A DNA stretch of 64,000 nucleotides, taken from IMG/VR virus record IMGVR_UViG_3300034062_006701, one strand, 5' to 3'. This document shows, piece after piece, positions 43,278-53,182 of this stretch. Made by a program: the position numbers and the translations under genes. The notes beneath the pieces were generated by a model. It ran no database searches, was not told where the DNA came from, and saw only the letters and a list, made by a program, of their open reading frames with translations. The stretch comes from a virus (Duplodnaviria > Caudoviricetes). Positions within the stretch are counted from its first letter, which is position 1; each line of letters begins with the position of its first letter.

Positions 43278-43952
43278 TCAATCCTCAATATCAGGCTTGT
43301 GATGATCAAATGTAACCTCATCATAATTTCTAAACTTAGCTCTTAGCTCAGCAAATGAAATAGGCTCAGGACAAATCTCCACACCTACATCCATTGTCTT
43401 TGCCTTATAGAGGATCTTTCCAAGCTCAGACTTATAGAGATTACCATGGGAATGACTATGAAGCTGCCAAGCTCCTTTATGCTGACCATTCCAAGTAGCC
43501 TGGGCATAATGATTCAGAACAATTGGCTGACCATTGATTACAATCTCTAGATAATTTGGAACAAAGTGAACCTTCTTATACTCAGTTGCTCCTGGTAGGA
43601 GAACATTATCCTGAACACTATCAAATAGCTGCTTATACCCTGCCTGATGATTACCAGGAAGAACATAAAGCTCTTTGAAGTCTAGTCTCCTAAAAAGACT
43701 TAGAAGCCTCTCATCAGCATTATGACCAAAGATTGTATCACCTAGAAGGAATCCAATAGTACTAGCATTAGCCTTCTTATTCCAATTCTGGATTAGACCC
43801 TCATCATGAAGCTCAACACTACTATAACCTCTGGACTTCCAAAGAGGTGTCTCCCATCTCTCACACTTGTGTCCTATGTGAAGACATCCCTGGAAAAGGA
43901 AATCATGATCCTTTCCAGAGAACTTTAGAGACTTATAAAAGAGATCCTTCAT
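43278..43952 (-). CDS. Calcineurin-like phosphoesterase
   Basis: CLHIGH, LLGD, PGNH, LNHY, LHSHSHG, MDVGV. Confidence 0.85.
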   Translation of the reverse strand: MKDLFYKSLKFSGKDHDFLFQGCLHIGHKCERWETPLWKSRGYSSVELHDEGLIQNWNKKANASTIGFLLGDTIFGHNADERLLSLFRRLDFKELYVLPGNHQAGYKQLFDSVQDNVLLPGATEYKKVHFVPNYLEIVINGQPIVLNHYAQATWNGQHKGAWQLHSHSHGNLYKSELGKILYKAKTMDVGVEICPEPISFAELRAKFRNYDEVTFDHHKPDIED

Positions 43953-43990
43953 TATTCCTAAAGTATAAAGGAAATCTTAGGACAAGGCAA

Positions 43991-44527
43991 TTAAATTCTA
44001 CCTAGTACATCTTCTACTGGAATAATGTATCCAATAGTATGAGGTTTAGTGCAATCATCTCCCTTAATAGTCAATGTTGCCATCTCTGTGTTAATGCTTT
44101 TAACTTCACCACCTAGAGTTGAGCTATATACACTCTTCTTAAAGTGTACTCTCTGCCCTACTTCATAGGGAACAGTTACATTATAATCTTTAACCCATTT
44201 CTCTACAGCCTTACCAGTAGCTTTATGAACAATTGCCCAAACACCATCTAATGTATCAACTAAATCTGAATCAGCATCCCAACTCCATCGATCATCACAA
44301 AATCTTGCTAACTTATAGCCATCATAGTCACTATTATCAACAATCTCCTCAGCACACCATAGAGCTTCCTTATCATCAATTCCACCATCACTCTTCCAAT
44401 AATCTTTAAGCAATTCAGCCACCTTTACAGCTGCTACTTCCTGTACTTCTTTGCTCCATTTATCTGGTCTCTTTGGAACAGCAATATCTACATTAAAGCC
44501 TAATTCTGTTGTTTCTGTTGTAGTCAT
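43991..44527 (-). CDS. Hypothetical phage protein
   Basis: ORF track 43991..44551; likely start MTTTET. Confidence 0.6.
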   Translation of the reverse strand: MTTTETTELGFNVDIAVPKRPDKWSKEVQEVAAVKVAELLKDYWKSDGGIDDKEALWCAEEIVDNSDYDGYKLARFCDDRWSWDADSDLVDTLDGVWAIVHKATGKAVEKWVKDYNVTVPYEVGQRVHFKKSVYSSTLGGEVKSINTEMATLTIKGDDCTKPHTIGYIIPVEDVLGRI

Positions 44528-44709
44528 ATTATTCTGTTTCTGTAGAATCACAAAGATTAAACCACTTTGTATATGTATCAGGACATATTACATTACCATA
44601 CTCAAGAGCATTAATAACAATATACCAAGATTCCTCCTCTCCAACTGCTTTAGCTATAGTTTTTATTGCATTTACAATTTGTTGATCCTCAGCATTCATT
44701 TTTTTTGGT

Positions 44710-44937
44710 CTACCTAGAAATTATTACAGCTTCACAATCTGCTTTTACTGTATCAGATATTCTATGAAGTTCATGTCTCCCATAATACCATTCATTTTCA
44801 TCAGTATGAACATTTAGCTTCATAGGTGTTTGAAAAGGCAATTGAGGTGTGTCATAACCCCCCTCGTAGCCATCCACAAATACAGGCAGTTCTGGATCAA
44901 ACTTCTGTAGCATTTCAATTAGTTGTTGTACCTTCAT
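44710..44937 (-). CDS. Hypothetical small phage protein
   Basis: MKV.QLIE.L..FDP.LPV.VDGYEGG.D motif. Confidence 0.65.
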   Translation of the reverse strand: MKVQQLIEMLQKFDPELPVFVDGYEGGYDTPQLPFQTPMKLNVHTDENEWYYGRHELHRISDTVKADCEAVIISR

Positions 44938-44940
44938 AAA

Positions 44941-45312
44941 TTAAATTCTCCAAGTTGTTCTTCCACCATGAGGGCCACATGTCTCACAATAACCATCACT
45001 TGATTCATAATCATCAGATTGGAAGCATTCTACAAGATCTTTAAAGGAACAAGTACCATCCTTGATTCCTTCTTTGAGTTTCAAAAGAAGATAATCTAAA
45101 AGCTCATCATCTTCTTCAGGTTGTTTAACACCTTCCTCTACTTCTCCACTCCTCCATACACCATTGATACTAAACCCCCAATTGTAACAAGAAGCTTCAT
45201 CATATACAATTGTATACTTTGGTTCATCCTCTTCTAAAGGCTTATCCAAATCAATCTCAACACCTTTAGTTAATTCTTTTGCTTTTTCTAAAACTTCTTT
45301 AAGGTCTTTCAT
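44941..45312 (-). CDS. Hypothetical acidic protein
   Basis: C-terminal CETCG. Confidence 0.6.
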   Translation of the reverse strand: MKDLKEVLEKAKELTKGVEIDLDKPLEEDEPKYTIVYDEASCYNWGFSINGVWRSGEVEEGVKQPEEDDELLDYLLLKLKEGIKDGTCSFKDLVECFQSDDYESSDGYCETCGPHGGRTTWRI

Positions 45313-45551
45313 ATTTCTCCTTTGGAATATAAGTCCTTTGGAATATAAGATGAATATTTCTCCTTTGGAATATAAGATGAATATGTCAAAGATATGTGCT
45401 TATATACATTAAATTGTTTTTTACACTCATTACACTGAAGCCCTCTAAAGAAATCATCATTAGGGTTATAGAAGATTTCATGTGACATTTGAAACTCATA
45501 ACCACAATGAGGACAAACAATCTCCTCTGTAAATGAGCAATCAATTTCCAT
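45309..45551 (-). CDS. Zinc-ribbon protein; paralog of 47987..48226
   Basis: EIDCS.T.EIVCPHCGYEF..CxxC.K.FNV; 3' micro-duplications (SSYIPK twice). Confidence 0.7.
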   Translation of the reverse strand: MEIDCSFTEEIVCPHCGYEFQMSHEIFYNPNDDFFRGLQCNECKKQFNVYKHISLTYSSYIPKEKYSSYIPKDLYSKGEI

Positions 45552-45753
45552 ATTTTTCTCCAGTATAGTATTTGTAAACTCTCTTCAATGCTTTAAGATC
45601 CTTTGTATTCTCTTCAATGTCTTCAATGATATAAGGCCTTGGATTCTTTATCTCTTCGAGACATTTAATATTCTTTGAAAGTATCTCAATAGTCTCAGCC
45701 AATGACTTAGCAAATGCCAAATCTAAATGTTCATCATTAAGTTCTATTTGCAT
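45541..45753 (-). CDS. Hypothetical protein (start MQIEL)
   Basis: Follows a 51-aa membrane ORF. Confidence 0.55.
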   Translation of the reverse strand: MQIELNDEHLDLAFAKSLAETIEILSKNIKCLEEIKNPRPYIIEDIEENTKDLKALKRVYKYYTGEKYGN

Positions 45754-45754
45754 A

Positions 45755-45910
45755 TTAATCCTTCTTTGTGAATTTCCAGACAATATTAATATCCTTTAGG
45801 ATAAAAAGCAAGAAGATAGGAAGAGGGATCTGATTAGTGCAATAGAAGTAAATCAGCAGTCCAAGCCAAAATGGATAAAAGAGAGGAATAGAGAATGTTT
45901 TAAGTTTCAT
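45755..45910 (-). CDS. 51-aa membrane peptide (not in ORF track)
   Basis: TTGACA-17-TAGAAT-6-ATG; MKLKTFSIPLFYPFWLGLLIYF... Confidence 0.55.
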   Translation of the reverse strand: MKLKTFSIPLFYPFWLGLLIYFYCTNQIPLPIFLLFILKDINIVWKFTKKD

Positions 45911-45941
45911 AATCTTATTCTATATGCTCTATGAGGAGGTG

Positions 45942-46202
45942 TCAAGAGTTATCTTCAGCTACTTCTGGTACAAAGTCTTTAGGAATCTTATCATCCAACC
46001 ACTCTTTTGGTCTCTCTGTATATTCGGATACACAATCTCCTAACAAACAATGGTAAGCACATTCTAAACCAATAAGCATACCATACATATACTCATTACA
46101 GTTATAGATGCCATTCTGCTTTTGGATATCAATTAGATCTTTTATCTTTTCTGCTGCTTCTTTCATATTAAAAGTTGTGTCTATTTTTCCACATGAAGTC
46201 AT
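45942..46202 (-). CDS. Hypothetical protein
   Basis: ORF track. Confidence 0.5.
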   Translation of the reverse strand: MTSCGKIDTTFNMKEAAEKIKDLIDIQKQNGIYNCNEYMYGMLIGLECAYHCLLGDCVSEYTERPKEWLDDKIPKDFVPEVAEDNS

Positions 46203-46779
46203 TTACCTGTGTGGCTGTCCATTTTTCAGGTACTGTAACAGGCAAAGTACTCTTTGTTCCATCATAGGATGTATGTGTTATTGGAGTTGTTTCTCTACTA
46301 TTATAAGCTTTGATATTTGGATCATATACAGAAGTATTTGAATTAGGAAGATTGTGAGAAACAGTTTGCCAAGGCATAGTGGGATTTGTGCCAGTATCTG
46401 CTGGTACAGCTTTTATTGAAAAAGGTTCCTGACAAGTTGGACTATTACTATAAACAGCAGTCCTTCCACAATGAGGACATTTTAATCCTTCTGGTGAAAT
46501 AACCATATGTAGTAACATTGGAATACCAGTGTTTTTACCACAATGAAGACAAGTAACATTATTATTGTAAGGTGTAGGATTTATATAAGGTTCTTTTGGC
46601 TTTATAGGGCCAGTAAACCTCTCATCCAAATAAGGACTATGACCTACAAGCTTCTCAATTAGCTTCTGAATAATAATAGACTGATCCATAATACAGTCAC
46701 TATTATGATTAACAAGCTTTTGAAGCTCATCAATTTTTTTGTTTAATTTTCTAATTTCTCTTTGCATATAATCTTTCAA
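46168..46779 (-). CDS. Hypothetical protein with zinc ribbon
   Basis: CLHC and CPHC. Confidence 0.6.
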   Translation of the reverse strand: MKDYMQREIRKLNKKIDELQKLVNHNSDCIMDQSIIIQKLIEKLVGHSPYLDERFTGPIKPKEPYINPTPYNNNVTCLHCGKNTGIPMLLHMVISPEGLKCPHCGRTAVYSNSPTCQEPFSIKAVPADTGTNPTMPWQTVSHNLPNSNTSVYDPNIKAYNSRETTPITHTSYDGTKSTLPVTVPEKWTATQVNDFMWKNRHNF

Positions 46780-47038
46780 TTCTGTTCATATCTTGTTTAA
46801 TATTCTCAAAAGATGTACCATATTTTCTTTGAGTATGAAAAAAAAGAATCCAATCCTTCCATGATAATTTCCTACCAGTTGTTTCATGAACATGGAACAC
46901 ACCATTAAGCTTTCTGCCTAATTCAATTGCATCTTTTTTATTTTCAAACTGTCTTTGATCCATACCATGAAGAATTTGCCAACTACCATCCTCAAGTGGC
47001 ATTGGAATGCAGTATTCAACTTGGTACATGAGATTCAT
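46751..47038 (-). CDS. Hypothetical protein
   Basis: Overlapping operon packing. Confidence 0.55.
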   Translation of the reverse strand: MNLMYQVEYCIPMPLEDGSWQILHGMDQRQFENKKDAIELGRKLNGVFHVHETTGRKLSWKDWILFFHTQRKYGTSFENIKQDMNRIERLYAKRN

Positions 47039-47247
47039 AGATATTTAAATTTTCTCAAACACTCAAATTGTGCCATAGTTCCTTTAAAATTAATAGAAGA
47101 ATCATTTGTATTAATACTTTTAAGATTTTCAATATACTCTTCTAATCTTTCTACTCTATTTTTTAGAGAAAGTATTTCAACATCTCTTGCATCCATTTCT
47201 GCACTAAAGCAGATTGTTTCTTTATTATCACTCATAGTTTCTTCCAT
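47035..47247 (-). CDS. Hypothetical coiled-coil protein
   Basis: Operon packing. Confidence 0.5.
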   Translation of the reverse strand: MEETMSDNKETICFSAEMDARDVEILSLKNRVERLEEYIENLKSINTNDSSINFKGTMAQFECLRKFKYL

Positions 47248-47498
47248 TCCTCCAATGTTCTCTGAATATCAATCTTTTTCATCTCACTAGCATACTCTAA
47301 TGCCTTCTTATCAATCCAGCTAGGTTTACTTTTAAACTTACACCAAGCCAAATTTAGAAACCATACAAACTGAACAATATAATTCAGAGGAAATACTACA
47401 TACATTGCAGAGTTGATCCTATAATCAAAATAAGCAGACTTCATCCAATAAGGAGGAATAATATGCCATGAAACTCTTTGGTAAATTAAATTCTTCAT
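47232..47498 (-). CDS. Hypothetical membrane protein (start MKNLIY)
   Basis: Hydrophobic central segment. Confidence 0.5.
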   Translation of the reverse strand: MKNLIYQRVSWHIIPPYWMKSAYFDYRINSAMYVVFPLNYIVQFVWFLNLAWCKFKSKPSWIDKKALEYASEMKKIDIQRTLEEWKKL

Positions 47499-47707
47499 TT
47501 CAAAAAGTATAGCACAGTAAAGTAAAGTGTCCAGACAAAAAAAGCACAGATGAGGCAAAAGATTCCAAGTAGTGCTAAACCAAAGTCTCCAAAAAGAGAA
47601 CCATCACTTGCATCATTTAAGTTTTTACCACCAAAAATGGTAAGAGCAATGGATAGGATAATAGGAATCCAAATGGATGAGAATGAGATTGTGAGTGCTA
47701 GGATCAT
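47495..47707 (-). CDS. Small membrane protein (two transmembrane segments)
   Basis: Two hydrophobic segments. Confidence 0.55.
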   Translation of the reverse strand: MILALTISFSSIWIPIILSIALTIFGGKNLNDASDGSLFGDFGLALLGIFCLICAFFVWTLYFTVLYFLK

Positions 47708-47925
47708 AGATTAAATGCTTCCTCTACATCAGTTTCAAACTTCTTAATAGCTTTAACAAAGTCATGATGGTAATTTGATTGAATAGTTTTAATTACATCA
47801 TCCCCAAGTCCAATAGCTGCTAACATTACCTTCCTTTTAATATCAATAAGATCATCATGTTTTTCTAAACCAGTTAGAAGTTCTTTTAGAACATTTTTAA
47901 TTAAACTCTTATCACTTGTGCTCAT
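47704..47925 (-). CDS. Hypothetical protein
   Basis: 73-aa ORF. Confidence 0.5.
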   Translation of the reverse strand: MSTSDKSLIKNVLKELLTGLEKHDDLIDIKRKVMLAAIGLGDDVIKTIQSNYHHDFVKAIKKFETDVEEAFNL

Positions 47926-47986
47926 AATATTATAAGTCCTTTAAAATTTCTTATGATATTTTCTATCAATCCAATTACTCATATTA

Positions 47987-48226
47987 TTAGACAGGGTAAC
48001 CTAAATCATCATATCTAGGTGGTAGTATATTCTCTTTTGGTATATATGAATTATAGCTTATTGAAATGTTTCTTTCAACATTAAATTCTTTTTCACATTT
48101 CTCACATTCAATTCCCTCAATATACTCATCATTATATTGAAAATTTTCCCAAGAATCAGTAAACTCATAACCACAATGAGGACAAACTATTTCATCTGTA
48201 TAAGAGCAATCAATTTCTTTTTTCAT
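47987..48226 (-). CDS. Zinc-ribbon protein; paralog of 45309..45551
   Basis: EIDCSYTDEIVCPHCGYEF..CEKCEKEFNV. Confidence 0.7.
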   Translation of the reverse strand: MKKEIDCSYTDEIVCPHCGYEFTDSWENFQYNDEYIEGIECEKCEKEFNVERNISISYNSYIPKENILPPRYDDLGYPV

Positions 48227-48227
48227 A

Positions 48228-48512
48228 TTAATTAAAAATTACATCTCCATTATAAACAATTTTCCAAGGATCTAATTCAAAGTCTCTTTCTACTTGAATT
48301 ACACAACTAGCAATTTCAAGAAATGCTTCATCCATAGTTCTCATATGTTCAGGCATAACAAGAATCTGATCTAATGCTCTGAGTCCACATTTAATAGTAA
48401 TCTCTGCTTTCTTCTCTTGAATTAAAAGTTCTAAAAGAGCTTCTCTAATTGCTAATCTCTTTGATGCAGCAACTACTTCTGGTGATGGTTTGGGTTTATA
48501 AGGAGTCATCAT
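48228..48512 (-). CDS. Hypothetical protein
   Basis: 94-aa ORF. Confidence 0.55.
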   Translation of the reverse strand: MMTPYKPKPSPEVVAASKRLAIREALLELLIQEKKAEITIKCGLRALDQILVMPEHMRTMDEAFLEIASCVIQVERDFELDPWKIVYNGDVIFN

Positions 48513-48513
48513 A

Positions 48514-48834
48514 TTATTTTAAAAGTTCTGGATTCTCAAAGATATTTCCTTCAACCTTCATAGAATTAAGATCCCAATAATTCCATTGATACCCTTTTTC
48601 ATTATCCCATTTGATAATCACTGATCTCTCATGAAAACCAGCTGGTCCAAAGTACATCATACCTCTAATAATATCACCCTCATAGATCTCAACTCCATTT
48701 TTATCTTCGAGACCAGTGAATTGCTGAACAATGTATTTGTCATCTAAGAACAATTCAGTATAGTTATAATCTTCTGGGTTCTTCCAGTTCAAATACATTG
48801 AATCCCAGACTCTAAATTTAAATTCTCTTTTCAT
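48514..48834 (-). CDS. YopX family protein (start MKREFKFRVW)
   Basis: FKFRVWD, QQFTGLEDKNGVEIYEGDII, V.GNIFENPELL. Confidence 0.9.
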   Translation of the reverse strand: MKREFKFRVWDSMYLNWKNPEDYNYTELFLDDKYIVQQFTGLEDKNGVEIYEGDIIRGMMYFGPAGFHERSVIIKWDNEKGYQWNYWDLNSMKVEGNIFENPELLK

Positions 48835-49006
48835 ATTACTTCCCCCAAGTAAAAACAGGTGCTCCGTTTGTATCGGTTGCCCAATGAGCAGCATTGTTTG
48901 CAACAGCTTCTTTTTGTATTTGTTTTTCTTTTGAAATTACACCAAATAGAAATACAATCATTGAAAGTAAAAAAAAATTAAAATAAAGTATACTACAGGT
49001 TTCATA

Positions 49007-50548
49007 TTAGAGATTATCGTTGATTCTGTTGCGAATGTCAACAAGATTCTGATCGATTAGAAGTTCTCCATCTTCAAACACTGGAAGAAGTTCAGAATCT
49101 GTTCCTGCTTCTACCTCATCATAGAGATGATACTGTCCATCAATTGGGTCTATTACAACAGTTAAGAATCCCTTTGCACTATTCTTCATACCATCATCAG
49201 TCTTAGGTTTCTTGAAGATCTCCTTGACCTCTCCGTTGACAATACCAGCAGTTGCCTTAACAGCAAAGCCAAGAGTATCACGAGTCTGATACTGATAGGT
49301 ATACGAACCAATACCAAAGACGATATTGTTGGAAGCAAATCCCTTGTTCTTCAAACGAGTAAGGATTTCATTTGCACGATCAAGTGTAATAGAATCACCA
49401 TAGATCAGCCCAATGTGCGAATCCAAAGACTTGAATCCCTTATCGGTTACAGTACCACCGAAGGTCTCCCATAGAACTTCTACAGCACCATTGATTTCAT
49501 TAAGATCAAGAATCTTATCAGTACCAACTTCCTTAAAGTATCCGTTATCAAGATATACTTCGTCTTCAGTGTAACCTGCAACGATCTTAACAGGATCTCC
49601 AGAGTCAGGACGAATGACAACCTTGCCATCACGAGCCATGATCTCAGCCTTCAGACTAGGAAGAATTTTGGTAAGAACTCCCCAAAAATCAAAGCTATCA
49701 GAGACAATAGAAACAATACCATTAGGATAAAGTTCGGTAATAAGACGCTTAAAGCTATCATACTCATCAGGCTCTCCCTCACCAAACTTGGCATTAAGAG
49801 TCATGACGCTATGCTCTGTAGCTGGAACAGAACAACCAACAAGCTCCTTGTCAGCATTAGCATTGTAGTAGTCTTCGAGGAAGTCGATAGCAGGAACAGT
49901 ATCGGTTCCTACAAAGCTAGTCAAGTGACCTGCACCTGTCATAGCCGCATCCTCTGCTCCACTCATACCACGGAAGCTGAAGTCATGTCCTTGGAATCCA
50001 ACAAAGGATGGATCAACTCCTGTTTCTTCTGCAAAGTTAAGAAGGAGCTTCTTATACTTTCGAGCAAGTGTAGCACTTGTGCAAGGCTTCCAAATAGTAG
50101 CTGAGAGAATAGTCTCAAGGAAGTTAGTAAGCCAGAAGAAATCAGGCAATGTATTCTCAATAGTAAATACTGGAATCTTGGCATCAACAGCAGCACCTTC
50201 AGGAAGAGCCTTGATAAGGATTGGTAGATAACCAAGATCATGCAGGGCTTCAATATGCGAAACATCAGCATCACCACCGAGGGAAGTATCGAGCCTTCTC
50301 TTGTAATAGGAAACAACCTCATTCTTTGGCTTACTAAAAAATTCCGTATTGAACTTCTCAATCAGAAAATCCTTGATAAAGTATTGAAGACCAAAGAATA
50401 CTACCTTATCATCGGTTCCTTCAATCTTAGGAAGATACTTCACCGAACGAGGAGTAAGATTGGAATAGACAAGAGTAGTACCTTCTGGATACATCTTATG
50501 ATGCTGGGTCTTGTAAAAATCGAGCTGCATTAATGGGCGTGTTTTCAT
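49007..50548 (-). CDS. Nicotinamide phosphoribosyltransferase-like protein (NadV/Nampt fold; Namat candidate)
   Basis: DFYK..H..MYP, FFGLQYFI, LTN.LET, HDFSFRG, GTDT.PA, SVPATEHSVM, VSDS.D, IRPDSGDP, IYGDSIT, FG.GS..Q...RDT.GFA.KAT, KS.KG. Confidence 0.95.
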   Translation of the reverse strand: MKTRPLMQLDFYKTQHHKMYPEGTTLVYSNLTPRSVKYLPKIEGTDDKVVFFGLQYFIKDFLIEKFNTEFFSKPKNEVVSYYKRRLDTSLGGDADVSHIEALHDLGYLPILIKALPEGAAVDAKIPVFTIENTLPDFFWLTNFLETILSATIWKPCTSATLARKYKKLLLNFAEETGVDPSFVGFQGHDFSFRGMSGAEDAAMTGAGHLTSFVGTDTVPAIDFLEDYYNANADKELVGCSVPATEHSVMTLNAKFGEGEPDEYDSFKRLITELYPNGIVSIVSDSFDFWGVLTKILPSLKAEIMARDGKVVIRPDSGDPVKIVAGYTEDEVYLDNGYFKEVGTDKILDLNEINGAVEVLWETFGGTVTDKGFKSLDSHIGLIYGDSITLDRANEILTRLKNKGFASNNIVFGIGSYTYQYQTRDTLGFAVKATAGIVNGEVKEIFKKPKTDDGMKNSAKGFLTVVIDPIDGQYHLYDEVEAGTDSELLPVFEDGELLIDQNLVDIRNRINDNL

Positions 50549-50608
50549 TGCTTATATATTCTATACAATTTAATAGGAAGTGTCAAGCTTTATTATGGCA
50601 TTCCAGTT

Positions 50609-50800
50609 CTAAATGGATCTTTTATAAGGCTTCTTAATCATTGCTTGGTTATAAACAACTTTTGCTTTATAAATCATACTAGGTGTTATAAAAAAAGAAG
50701 ACAGCCCTCCTAAACATTCCCAACCTTCTTCAAGTTTTTCATTAACAGCCTTTTCTAAATCTTCGATTGTGTTTCTTTCAACAATAATATATTTCATATT
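50609..50800 (-). CDS. Small DUF1737-like protein (start MKYIIV)
   Basis: L...VN..L.EGW...GG..........YNQAM pattern. Confidence 0.6.
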   Translation of the reverse strand, partial: NMKYIIVERNTIEDLEKAVNEKLEEGWECLGGLSSFFITPSMIYKAKVVYNQAMIKKPYKRSI

Positions 50801-51053
50801 ACCAATCTCCGCTTGCTCCACCGCCACCAGAATCTCCACCTCCACCAGAGAAGGAATCATAGGACGAATCATATGAAGAACTGGAACTGCTGTCATCAGA
50901 ACTCATAAGCTCTGAGATAATCATACCAGCAGCAAGTCCAGTAATAATATCATCGCTATCATCAGTAGTAGAACGATTACGATTAATTGATTCGCTTCTT
51001 GGTGCGACTTTCTTTTTGTTGTTTATTGGTTTTTTTGGTACGTTGTATCCCAT
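50799..51053 (-). CDS. Small protein with Ser/Gly-rich tail
   Basis: SSSSSYDSSYDSFSGGGGDSGGGGASGDW terminus. Confidence 0.65.
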   Translation of the reverse strand: MGYNVPKKPINNKKKVAPRSESINRNRSTTDDSDDIITGLAAGMIISELMSSDDSSSSSSYDSSYDSFSGGGGDSGGGGASGDW

Positions 51054-51057
51054 ATGT

Positions 51058-51888
51058 TTAGATTTGTATAGTGTTTAGTTTAATGTTTTCCTGATTGTTT
51101 GTAAAGGAGTTTGTGCATCCCAATGTATCAAACCTTTCCAAAAGGATGTTAACTCCTTTAGAATAGATGCCATGAGTTGTCCAAAGATGTATATTATATT
51201 GTAAAGGATAAGCTTTACGAATAGCATCTGCTACTCCAAGGAATGTTCCTCCTCCATCACAAATATCATCAACAATAACAAGATCAGTAACACCTTCCTT
51301 GATAAGTCTTTCCTTGGAAACAGAAAAGTCACTATCAACAAAGAATCCCATAAGAGATCCATCAATAGGACTTCTAGTTTTTCCACATTGGATTGCCTTA
51401 TCGACACCAAGAGCACTACAATATCTTTGGGTCTTTTCATGTGCCCCCTTATCGGGTGCAATTAAGACAACTTTATCCAGTGTTATTATTCCAATTTTAT
51501 GAAGATACTTTTCAATATACTTTGCTGGAGATACAGATTCAAGATGAATACCTGCTTGTTTGAATATTTCAATACTAGCATGTGAGTGCAAATCAATGGT
51601 TTTTACATGGGTAATACCAGCGGCAGAAATAAGACTAGCAAGTACGGCAATAGCAAGAGGATCACCATGCGTTGCAATACGATCTTGTCTGGCATAAGGA
51701 AGATAAGGGATTGTAATAGATGTAATATCATTATCTGTATCATATTCATAGGCATTAATAGCCATGAACATTCCAATGAGGTCATCCGAGCTTTGAATCC
51801 TAAAGACAGTATCAAATGCTTCAGGGTTCTCTACACGAACTCCGACTTCACCACCAGAGTATTTCCATGTCTTGTATGCTTGTTTCAT
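51058..51888 (-). CDS. Ribose-phosphate pyrophosphokinase-like protein (Prs fold; Adps candidate)
   Basis: YSGGE..V, IPYLPYARQDR, D.HS, L.APDKGA, K.R, IVDDICDGGGTF, THGI.S.G. Confidence 0.92.
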   Translation of the reverse strand: MKQAYKTWKYSGGEVGVRVENPEAFDTVFRIQSSDDLIGMFMAINAYEYDTDNDITSITIPYLPYARQDRIATHGDPLAIAVLASLISAAGITHVKTIDLHSHASIEIFKQAGIHLESVSPAKYIEKYLHKIGIITLDKVVLIAPDKGAHEKTQRYCSALGVDKAIQCGKTRSPIDGSLMGFFVDSDFSVSKERLIKEGVTDLVIVDDICDGGGTFLGVADAIRKAYPLQYNIHLWTTHGIYSKGVNILLERFDTLGCTNSFTNNQENIKLNTIQI

Positions 51889-51927
51889 ATTTTTATAATC
51901 TATATCAAATTCTAGGAAAAGACAAGA

Positions 51928-52227
51928 TTAATCTTCTCTTGGATCAAATTGTTCTTTGTACTCTTTAATTGCTTCACTCTTAATCTCTTCAATCCTCTGA
52001 TTAAAAATATTCAAAAGGTAATTCATAAAGATTTTTGCTGAATCTTCCATATCACCTTCAAACTTCAGCTTATCTTCATTAAAATCTAAACAACCACTTA
52101 CTTTAGTTCCATTGTCGAAGATAAACTTAATAGTATAATCTGGTTTAAAAAAAGATACATCATCACCACAAGTAATTTTACTCCAATCTATTGTATCAAT
52201 TTTTAGTTCTTCGTTCATATTATTCAA
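51928..52227 (-). CDS. Hypothetical protein
   Basis: 99-aa ORF. Confidence 0.55.
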   Translation of the reverse strand: MNNMNEELKIDTIDWSKITCGDDVSFFKPDYTIKFIFDNGTKVSGCLDFNEDKLKFEGDMEDSAKIFMNYLLNIFNQRIEEIKSEAIKEYKEQFDPRED

Positions 52228-52356
52228 CAGTTATAGTTTCATTAAGTTTACTTTTTAACTATTTTTACAACCAGAAAAGCTAATCCTAATATACCAAAGA
52301 ATGTACAGTTGTTAATTATTACCTTAATTAATAGTAAAGCATCTTCGTGTGTCATA

Positions 52357-52569
52357 TTATCCCACTTTAAAGAAGTGTAATCCAAGATTACCAATGTTGC
52401 ATTGTCTGGCAACAAATCTTGTAATCTTTTTAAGATCAGAATCATATGAGTTATTGAACTCATAGTTATGTGTACCAAAGAATCTAATAAAAGGTCTCCA
52501 TGAGACTCTAAATGTATACTTGGTATTGAATATAACTGTGCTATAATCTATTAAGAATGTTTCTTCCAT
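52357..52569 (-). CDS. Hypothetical protein (start MEETF)
   Basis: ORF track 52357..52608. Confidence 0.45.
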   Translation of the reverse strand: MEETFLIDYSTVIFNTKYTFRVSWRPFIRFFGTHNYEFNNSYDSDLKKITRFVARQCNIGNLGLHFFKVG

Positions 52570-52570
52570 A

Positions 52571-53182
52571 TTATTTCCTAATATAACACCAAATTGTAGC
52601 CAAGTCAATTACAAAAAGCAGAATGACCATAAAGAACATAATCATAGATTCTCTTGTTAATTTCTTAATATGATTAAAGTGTCTCTCATTGATCATATTT
52701 TGAGCAGATTTGAATACATCTAAATCAAGTCTATTATTTTTAATAACTTGCTCAGTTACATTTTTGAATATATCAAACTCAAACTCCTTCTCTTCAATAT
52801 CATGCTCAATGTGCTTCTTAAATGCTTTGAATTCATCTTTATGTGAACTAAAATCTTGTTCCAAATCAATAATTCTCCTTCTGCTGTCATTAGCAAAGAT
52901 TGAAATATCTCCTAAAGCATCTTCTAATCCTTCTACATTCTTTTGAGGAATAGAAGCTGAAACAATATTTGCTCCAATAGCTCCAGTCACTGTAATATCA
53001 GGCTTCTTCATCTTTAAATTACAATCAGTGCAATACTTTGCTCTAAATGATACAGGAACTCCATTCTTATCATATTGAGCATTGATTCTAAATGTCTTAT
53101 TACAATCTCTGCATACAACATCTTCAACCTTAGTCACATTAGAAAATGGATCTGTAAAGTCATTCTCATTCATATTAGTCAA
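52571..53182 (-). CDS. Zinc-ribbon, coiled-coil and C-terminal transmembrane protein
   Basis: CRDC..CTDC; hydrophobic C-terminus. Confidence 0.65.
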   Translation of the reverse strand: MTNMNENDFTDPFSNVTKVEDVVCRDCNKTFRINAQYDKNGVPVSFRAKYCTDCNLKMKKPDITVTGAIGANIVSASIPQKNVEGLEDALGDISIFANDSRRRIIDLEQDFSSHKDEFKAFKKHIEHDIEEKEFEFDIFKNVTEQVIKNNRLDLDVFKSAQNMINERHFNHIKKLTRESMIMFFMVILLFVIDLATIWCYIRK

